Assembly (NCBI GenBank): GCA_951406725.2
Contig: OX597815.1
Span: 42,532,001 to 42,596,000, forward strand
Source of the DNA: Octopus vulgaris
Taxonomy: Eukaryota
DNA: 64,000 nt
Direction of reading: 5' to 3'
Of this stretch, positions 11,959 to 22,789 are shown in pieces. The position numbers and the translations under genes were made by a program. Position 1 is the stretch's first letter, and each line of letters begins with the position of its first letter. The notes under the pieces are model-generated. The model was not told where the DNA came from and did no database searches. It was given only the letters and a program-made list of their open reading frames with translations.

Positions 11959-12114
11959 TTATTTCAAAAAAATTTGCCATAAATACATGATATAGAGTAA
12001 CTTGTGGGCTGGACAGAAACATTGATGAGATGAATGATGAAATAAAATGATATTAATGGGAGAAGAAAAAAAAAAAAAAGAAAAAAAGAGCAAGCTACTT
12101 ATCACACAGCTCCT

Positions 12115-13860
12115 GTGCCTACTTGACTCTAAATTTATTTTACCGACCCTGAAGCGATGGCAGTTGTAGTCGACCGACAAAATTTTAACATAGAATTTAA
12201 CTAATCGGAAAAAATACCGCAAGGTATTTTGTCTGACCTTTTAATGATTCTGCCAGTTCACCACATTAACACCTTAGCAATAACAACGATATTATGAAAA
12301 GTAAAGCAGCAATAGTGACGGCAGCAGCAGTAGCAGTAGCAGCAACAGTAAACATGGCTTCAAATTATGGCACCAAGCCAGCAATTTTAGGGAACGGGAA
12401 TAATACATCGACCTCAGTCCTCGAGCGGTACTTTATTTTATCGACCTCGAAAGAATGAAAAGCAAAGTTGACATCTGTAGAATTTAAATTTAGAGTATAA
12501 GGAGCCGGGAGAACCGCTAGTGACTCTCTTGCGACACTCGGACCGATTGATCAGCCCAAGTGATACAAGCTGAAAAGAGTTTGAGGTGAATACATCAGCT
12601 CGATGAAACAAACGTTATGAAGTGTAAAAGCCACTCAGAGATCGTCTTTCAGTAGATATAATATAAAACTATATCATATATATAGTTTTACATACTAATA
12701 AAGTAGTTTTAGGAACTTCATCCTTTGTTTTCTACATGCCCCGATCAATTTTCATTTCAACAGAAAAAAAAAAAAAATTTGGTCTTTTTGGCTTCACATA
12801 CGAAAACAACGTGTGTCTCAAAAGGGTTAAGGATTTTCTCCGACGCACTAACAATTTTGTCAGCTCGCCGCCTTACCATATAATATGGTAACAGCAGCTT
12901 CACAAGAACAACACGTGTAGTTGATGGCTTCTAGCAGAGGCACAAAATCATAAATCGTGGGGTAAGGACATAGTCAATGAAATAGACACTACATGACTAT
13001 AACTTTATATTATCGACTCAGGAAAGTGAAAGCAAAGTTGACATCGACGGGTTTTGAACTTAAAACGTGGAGAGTCGTAACTAAATACCGTTTGGCATTT
13101 TGTCAAACGCTCTAACGGTTCGGTCAATCCATTGCTTAATATCAACAGTAATAAACCTTACTACTATAGGCACAAGGCCTCAATGATTTCAAATTTCGGC
13201 ACAAGGTCATCAGATTTTGCGGGAAAGGCAAGTCGATAACATCGATCCAGTACTGGACAAGTACTTATTTTATAAAACCTGAAAGGATGAAAGGCAAAGT
13301 CAACCTCGGCGGAATTTGAGCTCAGAACGTCAAGACAGACGAAATGCCGCCGATCATTTTGTTCATCGTGCTAAGGGCTCTGCCAGTTCACCGCATTAAT
13401 AACGGTTTTAAACTTTTGCACTAGGCCAGCAAGTTCAGATAAGTGGGTAAGACGATTACATCGGTCCCAATGCTCAACTGGCACTTATTCTATCGACCCG
13501 AAAGGATGAAAGGCAAAGTCAACCCTCGTGGATTTTTGAACTCAGAACGAAAAGATCCAGAAGAAATGCTGTTAAGCATTTTGTCCGTCGCGGCAAGGAT
13601 TCTGCCAGCTCGCCGCCATAACAAGAACAGTAATAATGATTTTTAATCGAGGCATAAGTTTAGCAGGAGGGTTATTCGATTTAAGGAGACGGAGATAGTC
13701 AAATGAATTCCAGTACTTGATTGGTACTTATTATTAACGATTAAATGGGTATGAGAGGCAAAACTGATCTCAGTGTGATTTTTGACTGGTACTTTATTTT
13801 ATTGAACAGGGATGAAAGGCAAAGCTGATCTTGGTGGAATTTACCAAAATATTTTTGCCT
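12115..13860 (-). mobile_element. Cluster of old SINE family A copies
   Basis: At least five degenerate copies of the family A core in the same orientation. Confidence 0.7.
12520..12830. mobile_element. Possible piggyBac-type MITE inserted in a SINE
   Basis: Right end GTGTCTCAAAAGGG-TTAA pairs imperfectly with left end ACTCTCTTGCGACAC; the SINE resumes at 12831. Confidence 0.4.
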
Positions 13861-14574
13861 GAAGCTTTATCGAACAAGTCAACTCGCAGCCTCTATCAAC
13901 AGTAGTGATAACAATGAGAACAATGGCGTCAATATTCAATGGAAGCAATCACATTACCACCAAAACAGTGATAAAAGCAACAAGAAACATTATAATAAAA
14001 TAAAATGGCAGCAAAATATACCGCCTCAAAAGCAGTAGTAATAGCCACAGCTGTTATAACTAATATTAGCAACCAGAACAGTTCAATTGCCAACAAGTGT
14101 TTTGGCAGGTGTGCAGGGTGAAAATTTTGTCTGCGACAATATATATGATTCTAACATCACTGTTCCGTTGTATCTACATGAAAGACAGTACTACATTACA
14201 CTCAAAAGATGTCTGAGTTTCTGAATGCTAAACTTTCTTTTCTATTATATATGATAAGTAGTCATAGTGACATTGTCAAGATATTACAGTAATATACTAA
14301 ATCACCTTACAATATTTTGCCGCAAAGTTTTGCCCGTAGGTTCATAGTAAGACTTGTGATGGTCGAATTTGAAGTCCCAAAATCGTTTTAATGTTAATCC
14401 CACACATAGTTGAGAAAGTGATAGAAAATGAATGTGATGTAATATATAAAGTGTAAGATGGAAAGAGAGATATATAAGTAGAGGAATAGATGAATAGATA
14501 ACAATAAATAGATTCTTGTTCGCAGATTAGAAAACATACAGCTAAGGATTAACACCTGCGTTGCGTTACAAATA

Positions 14575-14633
<59 letters not shown>

Positions 14634-14638
<5 letters not shown>

Positions 14639-14890
14639 TTATCTGTAAATGTAATATGTGACAACTATTCGGTAGCCAAGATAAAACTCCGAGTTTCGGA
14701 TTCCGAGGTGGAGCACCACGTCACCATCTCTTTTCATAGCGTTTTTCCGATGGCCGGATAACTGAAGAGATGCTGGCGTAGATTTCCACCTCGGCATCCG
14801 AAACTTGGAGTTTTATCTTGGCTACCGAATAATTGTCACATATTACATTTACAAATAAATTCCTTTTGTTATCTTACCGTTTTTATCAAT
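14634..14890. mobile_element. Fold-back (inverted pLTR-like) element inside (TA)n
   Basis: Arms 14644-14712 and 14785-14853 are near-perfect reverse complements; (TA)n on both sides. Confidence 0.8.
14757..14817 (+). ncRNA. Minimal type-I hammerhead ribozyme motif
   Basis: GATAA | CTGAAGA | GATGCTG...CGGCATC C | GAAA C ttgga GTT | TTATC: 5-bp stem I, intact CUGANGA and GAAA, GUU site. Confidence 0.75.
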
Positions 14891-15127
14891 ATATATATAT
14901 ATATATAAAGTGCTACCAGTTGAAAGTTCCGCATACCGGATGCTAGCAATCTATGGGGTCATCAAGAAAGAATGCGGGCCGTTTCGCGGCCTTCCGACAG
15001 TATCATTGTGTACCAGTCCCCCCACCCTGAAATGAGGCCCCGCTTGCTAGATCAATTGGTTATTAGGTTTCACTCAATATTCTACCAGTCATTGTTCATC
15101 GTTTTTTTTTTATATACATGTCAAGAG

Positions 15128-15490
15128 TGGAGGCGCAATGGCCCAGTGGTTAGGGCAGCGGACTCGCGGTCATAGGATCGCGGTTTCGATTCCCAGACCG
15201 GATGTTGTGAGTGTTTATTGACCGACAACACTTAAATTCCACGAGGCTCCGGTAGGGGGTGGTGGTGAGCCATGCTATACTCTTTCTCTCACTCTTTCTT
15301 CCTGTTTCTGTTGTATCTGTATTTCAAAGGGCCAGCCTTGTGTTACGCTGAATCTCCCGCGAACTACGTTAAGGGTGCACGTGTCTGTGAAGTGCTCATC
15401 CACTTGCACGTTAATTTCACGAGCAGGCTGTTCCGTTGATCGGATCAACTAGAACCCTCGTCGTTGTAACCGACGGAGGTCCACGACATG
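15128..15490 (+). mobile_element. tRNA-derived SINE family C (resembles octopus OR-type SINEs)
   Basis: GGAGGCGCAATGGCCCAGTGGTTAGGGCAGCGGACTCGCGGTC...GTTTCGATTCCC head; further copies at 35897 (+) and 39825-39978 (-). Confidence 0.8.
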
Positions 15491-15620
15491 TCCTTAACTG
15501 CGCACAAAAATTGAAAACGAACTGTTTTTAATTTCCAATTTTTTCTTATTTCCTCATTTTTGTATTTTTAAGATGGACATACACATCGAAACATTTGGCT
15601 TTTTATGGATTTTTAACCCT

Positions 15621-15624
<4 letters not shown>

Positions 15625-15657
<33 letters not shown>

Positions 15658-15659
15658 CG

Positions 15660-15732
<73 letters not shown>

Positions 15733-16003
15733 GTGCAGGACGAAATGAATAGGGAAACGTATAGAAGGGATCATACGACATGACGATAAATTTAAGATAG
15801 GAAAATAAACAAACAAGACGAAACAGAGTAAAATAGAGCACATTATGACACAAAGCAATAAACCGAGAGAGAGGCCATAATAGAATATTTTGCGGTAAGA
15901 GAGGTGGAAAACAATAGCAGACGAATGAAGACAGAGACAGCAAAGGGGGAAATTTGTTAGTAGAACAATGAGGGAGAGACGGAGATAAAAGGGTTATGGC
16001 TGA

Positions 16004-16036
<33 letters not shown>

Positions 16037-16097
16037 GTGTGTGTGTGTGTGTATGTGTGTGTGTGTGTGTGTGTACAGAGTTAGAGAGAGGGAGAGA

Positions 16098-16165
<68 letters not shown>
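15625..16165. repeat. (TA)n, (TG)n and (GA)n microsatellites
   Basis: Direct inspection. Confidence 0.9.
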
Positions 16166-16169
<4 letters not shown>

Positions 16170-16379
16170 AAAACAAAGAGCGCTTTCACTTTTCTTTTAT
16201 GAATGATAGGCTAAGTTAACCATCCTGACATGATTTTTACACTCTGAACCTGGAAGCAGAAGTTTGTGACAAAATATTGTAATACTGTTAAGTAATTTGG
16301 TTTTGTTCTCAAATGACACATCAATGTCACTATGGTTATTTGTCGTATAAATTGGTTATATTGTGAGTCAGGCAATTGG

Positions 16380-17150
16380 AAGATGATAAATATCTATTGA
16401 ATAACATTATCTTCTTTAATCCAGTAGTTAAGACTAATATTGCTAAGAGATCCTTCACTTTAATTACTAATCATTTCTCTGTTAGCAACAGGCGTAGAAT
16501 ATTATTTAATATTTTTCTCTACTCTAGGCACAAGGCCCGAAATTTTGGGGGAGGGGTCCAGTCGATTAGATCGACCACAGTACGCAGCTGGTACTTAATT
16601 TATCGACCCCGAAAGGATCAAAGGCAAAGTCGACCTCGGTGGAATTTGAACTCAGAGCACAAAGACAGGCGAAATACCTATTTCTTTACTACCCACAAGG
16701 GGCTAAATACAGAGAGGATAAACAAGGACAGACAAACGGATTAAGTCGATTACATCGACCCCATTGCGTAACTGGTACTTATTTAATCGACCCCGAAAGG
16801 ATGAAAGGCAAAGTCGACCTCGGCGGAATTTGAACTCAGAACGTAGCGGCAGACGAAATACCGCTAAGCATTTCGACAGGCGCGCTAACGTTTCTGCTAG
16901 CTGGCCACCTTAATATCATTTAATATTTAACAACTTAATGAGTCACAACAGCACTGGTGTGTTCTGGGGGATGTTCTACTTTTGGACTATGGATAACACA
17001 CGGAAAGACTAGTCTGGTAGTATGAAAAGAGGTCGTTGCTGGTTCAAGGTAATATCTACAAGCACAGAAGAATCGTTTAGCAGGCGAATCCAAGATACGA
17101 GCAAAGAACGAAACCAGTCTTTTTACATATTTCCTCCAGAACATTCTTCT
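16380..17150 (+). pseudogene. Heavily decayed Penelope-like element fragment (RT-to-GIY-YIG linker and endonuclease), split by a SINE
   Basis: NIIFFNPVVKTNIAKRSFTLITNHF...ILFN resembles the PLE linker NIIWFNPP..VKTNIG..F..LI..HF...IFN. Downstream STEESFSRR and NETSLFTYF resemble GIY-YIG domain motifs. Confidence 0.5.
16515..16912 (-). mobile_element. SINE family A composite with probable TSD ATTTAATATTT
   Basis: Family core present twice; ATTTAATATTT at 16504 and 16918. Confidence 0.85.
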
Positions 17151-17427
17151 GGAACGTCAAGACATTTTTCTCAGTACAGGAGATAAAGTGACTGGTCATG
17201 ATTAGACATTTTAAACAATATTATTTTGCGTTTACAGACAACTTAAAATAGCTACTACTGACCAAAGACAACGATTCCAGATAGTTCAATTTAGTATTAC
17301 AGACAAAGCAAACAAAATGACAAAGGACAAATATTTTAACGATGATTTTTTAACAGAAAATTCAGACATTGAGGTAGACATTCGTAATGATATAGCAGAT
17401 AACATTTTTTTCACAATTTTTGGTAAT

Positions 17428-17477
<50 letters not shown>

Positions 17478-17486
17478 TATAATAAC

Positions 17487-18612
17487 GTATCGAAGGTGGT
17501 AGAGGCCTTACACAGTTAAAAAACTATTGCAAAATAACCATCATATGACTACAGAAATACCTACTTCAGAAGCAAGGAAAACTAATAAAAATAGCCACAA
17601 AACATGAACAAAACAAAAAACTGTTTTCAGTTTTTAAAGAAGCTGGCAAATAAAAAAAGTCACAGTACCTAACAACTAAGAAGACAAAGAAGAAACAACG
17701 AAAGCTGTAAAACATCTGAGACCCAAACTAAAACTGGAACAGCAACGGATCATGATAAAACGATGGCAAAAAAGCCCCTTCACGACAAATACTGGGTTAA
17801 ACTAAATAGAAAAGGAATATACAAAGCAAAATCCCAACAATGGCTGAGAAGCTCAGGACTCAAAGCAGATTGAAGTATTTTTAATTGCAGCACAAGACTA
17901 AAGCCGTCCCACCAGAAATTACCAAAAACTTGTAATGAAAAGAAACATAACAAGTAACTGCAGAACATGTGAAGAAGGACAAGAAACAATAAATCATATT
18001 GTCTCTGGCTACCCAGTCCTGGCTAAGAAGGAATATATTCACAGACATGACAGAGTTGGGACCTATATACACTGGAAGATATGCCAACACTATGGAATAA
18101 CAAGAGAAAAAAGATGGTATAGGCACACACCAGAAAAGGACACAGAAAACGAGAAAGCAATCATACTCTGGGATATGCCTATACACACTGATGGAGAAAT
18201 TAAGGCCAATAGGCCGAATATAGTTGTCAGAGATCACCAAGAAAAAATGCTTTCTTATCGATGTATCGATACCAACAAATGACAATGTTTCCGTAAAAGA
18301 AACGGAGCAACTTTCAAAATACAAAGATCTGGAAACAGGTAACTCGAATGTGGAGTCTGAAAACAATTCCTATCATAATAGGCGTATTAGGTATGATAAC
18401 GATATTCAGACAAATACATAACAAAAGCACCAGGACTAACAAGTATATATAACATACAGAAAATAGCACTACTAGGCACCGCACACGTCCTACGTAAAAC
18501 ACTTTCAATACAGTAACAATAAGAGCATCACAGCAAACCACACCACATACCCAAGGCACACAGAGCTACGTTCGGCAGTGCAGTGGAATCATGTAATAAA
18601 AATAGACTACTG
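17487..18612 (+). pseudogene. 5'-truncated R4/Dong-like non-LTR retrotransposon (CCHC finger plus restriction-like endonuclease) in (TAA)n
   Basis: CRTC..ETINHIVSG, YIHRHDRV, LWD, RPNIVV, LIDVSIP, LSKYKDLE, with frameshifts and stops; (TAA)n at both ends. Confidence 0.85.
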
Positions 18613-18763
18613 AATAATAATAATAATAATAATGATAATGATGATGATGATGATGATGGTGATGTGATGATGTTGATTTCTTTATTAACTATAAAGGCAC
18701 ACACATTATAAGACATTAAGGACGTCACAGGATAAAGCACCGAGTATATGTGTGTATGTATGC

Positions 18764-18795
<32 letters not shown>

Positions 18796-18933
18796 ATGTG
18801 CGTTGGCGTGAGAGTCTTTTTGTGTAAATAAGTTTAAAATAAAAATGAATCATACAATTCTATATTTAAGAAACGGAGTAACTTTGTACATTATTATAAC
18901 TGACGGATATTTGTCCTCATCTTGTTTGTTGTT

Positions 18934-18977
18934 AACACAACGTTTCAGCTGATACCCTCCAGCCTTCATCAGGTGTT
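18934..18977 (-). ncRNA. Minimal type-I hammerhead ribozyme motif (left arm)
   Basis: Minus strand: AACAC | CTGATGA A | GGCTG gagggtat CAGCT | GAAA CGTT | GTGTT. Confidence 0.8.
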
Positions 18978-19062
18978 TTGGGGAAATTTCGAACCTGAGT
19001 TCTCATTCCTAAGTTATTTTTCGATGTTGTTGTTGTTGTTATTATTATTATTATTATTATTC

Positions 19063-19136
19063 TGGTCACTGCCTGGACAAGAACTCGGAATCTTGGGGTT
19101 AGTAGCTCGTGCTCTTAACCACTACGCCATATACCC
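19063..19136 (-). promoter_or_regulatory. tRNA-like Pol III internal promoter (left arm)
   Basis: Minus strand: TGGCGTAGTGG A-box; degenerate B-box GAGTTCTTGTCC. Confidence 0.55.
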
Positions 19137-19239
19137 GTGGGCAATTATGGAGTGAATTTTAGGGCTTATAAATCTAATTAAGTAAGGATTGGAGAATATT
19201 AGATTTATAAGCCCTAAAGTTCACTCCATAATTACCCAC

Positions 19240-19312
19240 GGATATATGGCGCAGTGGTTAAGAGCTCGGGCTACTAATCCCAAGATTCCGAGTTCGAGTC
19301 CAGGCAGTGACC
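19240..19312 (+). promoter_or_regulatory. tRNA-like Pol III internal promoter (right arm); not a functional tRNA
   Basis: A-box TGGCGCAGTGG (19247), anticodon-like arm GGG-CTACTAA-TCC, B-box GTTCGAGTCC (19292); acceptor stem does not pair well. Confidence 0.7.
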
Positions 19313-19370
19313 TGAATAATAATAATAATAATAATAATAGAACGGGAACCCAGGTTCGAAATTTCACCAA

Positions 19371-19416
19371 GACACCTGATGAAGTCTGGAGGGTATATCA
19401 GCCGAAACGTTGTGTT
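19371..19416 (+). ncRNA. Minimal type-I hammerhead ribozyme motif (right arm)
   Basis: GACAC | CTGATGA A | GTCTG gagggtatat CAGCC | GAAA CGTT | GTGTT; one mismatch in stem II. Confidence 0.75.
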
Positions 19417-19459
19417 AACAACAAACAAGGTGAGGACAAATATCCGCCAATTGTACGGA

Positions 19460-21260
19460 GGGGATGTACGCAAGTTACTCACAGAAAATCCCCATAAAAC
19501 AACGACTGCCCTGGCTTCTGGGACAGGTGCTTTTTCTCAGTTCTTTATCTCCGATTCATAGGCGTATTCTCAGGACAGGCCCGTTCACTCACACCATGCT
19601 CACCACTTTCATCCGCCTTCCAACAATATAGCTGGAAGGCAACACCTCTCTCCATCATTATTTTTCTCTTCAAGTGGAACTTTAAGAAATTGATGAGGGA
19701 TTGGCCGAAGAGGAAAGCGTTTATCATCAATCCCTTTTATGCCGCGCCTGTTGAGTTCAATCGAGCCAGAAATGCTCCTCGGTACCACTGCCATACCAAG
19801 GATTCCTGGAAGTTATCCGTTGACCTTGGACCAGAAGTTTTCTGGAAGAGAGTGACAAGTTGATTGTCTTCGAAGCCCAGAATTTCTCCAAGAACGACAT
19901 AGTTGTTATCCTTCTCTAATCCCCCAATAAAACGCTAAAGTGGATTTTTTACTATCGCAGTACTCAACTGGCTAAGGGCTGCGGGTGCTTGAAGACACTC
20001 AACTTTCCAACTTGCTTTCTAGGTCTATGCTTGATCCAAGACTGCAACCATGTCAAGGAAACAAGCTGGGGGAAACACGCGTCTGGCGAGTGGCAACCAC
20101 TCCTGTTTATTGTCAAGGAAACACTGGCGATGTCGTAGCCTCAGCGCATGTTTGCGTATCACCAGTCATGGCATGCCCAGTCAACCACGCAGAAGATAGC
20201 TCATTTGACCATGGGAACGCCTCTCTTCCACAAGAAGCGAAAGGGTATACGCTCCAGTGAAACCGGACGGGAACCGAGACAAGGCATGACGGTCCGGTGG
20301 TAGTATATGACGGACACCATGTACGCGTTAGTCACCTCTGTCCGACCTTCCAGGTGAGAGTAGCCACCTTGCTTGTTATCTCGTTCCAGTTTTTGCCCAT
20401 CTGAAGGTCCGAACCGAACCATACCCCGAGCACTTTAACTGGTCCGTCCACCCAGCTTCCAACAACATAGCTGGACAGCATAGACTTGCTTCTTCTGGTG
20501 TCGAATCACAAACCCACTGACTTTTGTAGTTGATTGTCGCTCCTAAAATCGCCTTGTACTGGCTGAAAGCGGCATCGATTATCTCAATGTGTTTTGGTTT
20601 TCGACACCACTACAGAGACGTCGTCAGTGTATTCCGACACTAATCTCCCATATTCTAGTTCACGTGGTATGTCCCTCATGGTCTTTAGTGTCACGTTGTG
20701 CCTCTGTCACTCAGGCCCATTGAACGGCTTTCGTCTCTCCGTGTCTAAGAGCACGTTCCTTATCTCTGACAATGCAGCCTTTGTGCTTCATGTTAAAGAA
20801 TTGGTTGAGTGCCAGTCTCACTGCGTGCACATCGGTGGTGATGCCTTTTCTAAATGTCTAATCTAATGTTCTATTTCTTTCTACTGCTAGTCCTTTTCTA
20901 AACCTTATCGATTCTATTCTAATTACCCTTTCCAGAGAGAACCGCCATATTTTATTGATAATTGCCCTTATCAATGCTCCCTTATTTCATTGATTCGGTC
21001 TCTGTAAGCTTTGCGAGCCGGGAAGGATGCGTCCAGCTTCCGGTAACTAGTGTCCTGTCTTTGTCCGCACAGATCACAAATTTGAGGTCTGTGTAGCCGA
21101 CGATTTTAAATTGTTGATAGCCTATATTATCCTTTTCTACTGGCCTACAAGATGCTCTTTAACTCCATCTAGATATGTCGCAGATGACCTGATGGGGTTT
21201 CTCCATGATCTTAAAAGCACAATCAGAAATCCCCTCGGTCCCTGTAAGACAACTGGAAAT
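19460..21260 (-). pseudogene. Decayed, internally deleted L1/Tx1-type LINE ORF2
   Basis: Minus-strand remnants: YLDGV, YTDLKFV, SYRKLDAS (like YWKLN), VSEYTDDVSV (like YADD), WVDGPVKVLGVWFG, LERIPFRFLWKRGVP. Confidence 0.7.
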
Positions 21261-21687
21261 GTTTGAGCAGTTTTGTGAGGCTTTTGTGCCACCCTTTCCT
21301 ATCAACTAGCTTCACACAATCCAAACGAATATCTTAGTTCTCGTTACAATCGCGCACCAGCACTAAAGAGAAAGCAAGAAACTCAATGCATTTTCTCCAC
21401 CATTCTTTGTCTTCTCACCCCACTATGCTTTGTAAATAATTATTATAATGATTTCGAACATAATCACAAGGCATAATCTTTGTTGAGGATTAAATTGACT
21501 CTGCTGTTTTACTTAGTAATTCATAAATAAGTAGATAGCAAAGAAGCATAAAGTAGACCACAATAGGATTTGATTTGAACTTAGCACATAAGGGACGTAA
21601 CCAAACAACGCAAAGCAATTTCCCTGGGCCCCCAAGGATCCTGCCAGCTTCTGGCTAAACTAACAGTATTCGTCTTAACAAAAGAAA

Positions 21688-22005
21688 AATAGCAGCAGCA
21701 GCAGTAGTAGCAGCAGCAGTAGTAGTAGCAACAATAGTAGTAGTAATAGTTGTAGTAGTAATTGTATTAGTAGTTGTAGTAGTGGTTGTAGTAGTAGTAG
21801 TAGCTATTGTATGTATTGAGGGAGCATCAACCACAGCAACAGCAACATCAGTAGTAGTAATTGTAGTAGTAGTAGTAATTATTGTAGTAGTAGTAGCAGT
21901 AGTAGTAGTGATGATGTTGTATTGGTAGATATTTTCCAAAAGCAGTAGTGGTGGCAGTGATAGTACAGCAATTGTAGTAGTAGTAGTAGAGTAGTAGTTG
22001 CAGTT

Positions 22006-22042
<37 letters not shown>

Positions 22043-22600
22043 TGCAGCAGCAGCCGTTCAAGAATTTGGACCTGGAGATCTCCATTTCCAGCGACTTCGA
22101 GGGCCACCTCCCAGTGGTGTCGGGCGTCAACGAAGAGCCCTCGACAACAAGATGACCAAAGTTTTTTTTTCTCCAAGGTCTGGAGTCTTCCGCCCTTAAG
22201 CCCTAGACCATCACCTAATCACCCTTACCCGTCTTGTTGCTTAACAACAACAACAACAACAACAACAGCAGTAGCAGTAGTAGTAGTAGTGTTGGTATCG
22301 GTAACTGTGATGGTGGTGGTGGTAGTGGTAGTAGGAGACTGTATAGTGACAGTATCAACCACAAAGTCAGTAGTACTAGTAGTTGTGTAGTGTATATTTT
22401 GTGCAGTGGTGTTATCAATCAAAACAGCAGCAGTGTAGTAGTGGCTGCAGTAGAAGCTGTTGTAGCAGTAGTATATTACTGTCTCCATATTGTGGTAGCA
22501 TGAAACATAACAGTAGTAGCCACGCGAAGATGTATTGACAATGGCTGCAGCGGTAGCTGTTACCATAGTTACGGTAGCTATGTCAACAATAATAAAAGGT
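21688..22600. repeat. (AGT)n/(AGC)n/(AAC)n trinucleotide field
   Basis: Direct inspection. Confidence 0.9.
22051..22266 (+). mobile_element. 3' end of an unidentified retroelement with an (AAC)n tail
   Basis: Unique sequence ending ...CCCGTCTTGTTGCTT(AAC)n; a shorter inverted copy lies at 57187-57316. Confidence 0.6.
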
Positions 22601-22789
22601 GTGAAGTGAAATAGAGTAGAAATAGAGTAAAGTGAACTAGAGATACAGTCCTACAAGCAAAGAATAGGAGCAGGTTTCAATTCCACTTATACTCCCATGA
22701 TAAAAGCTTAACAGTAACTTCTTTTTCTTTACTTTTAAAACATGAGGACTTTGTTCCAAGTTCGAAGAAGCTAAATCTGATATCTAACA

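Larger units (their letters stand above)
18900..19452. mobile_element. ~550-bp fold-back element: two divergent tRNA-head/(AAT)n/hammerhead units
   Basis: 18900-19176 is the reverse complement of 19199-19452, with a ~22-bp spacer. Confidence 0.9.

Noticed and set aside
19240-19312. tRNA gene
   Set aside because: The acceptor stem does not pair, the anticodon ACT is atypical, and it is part of a repeated element.
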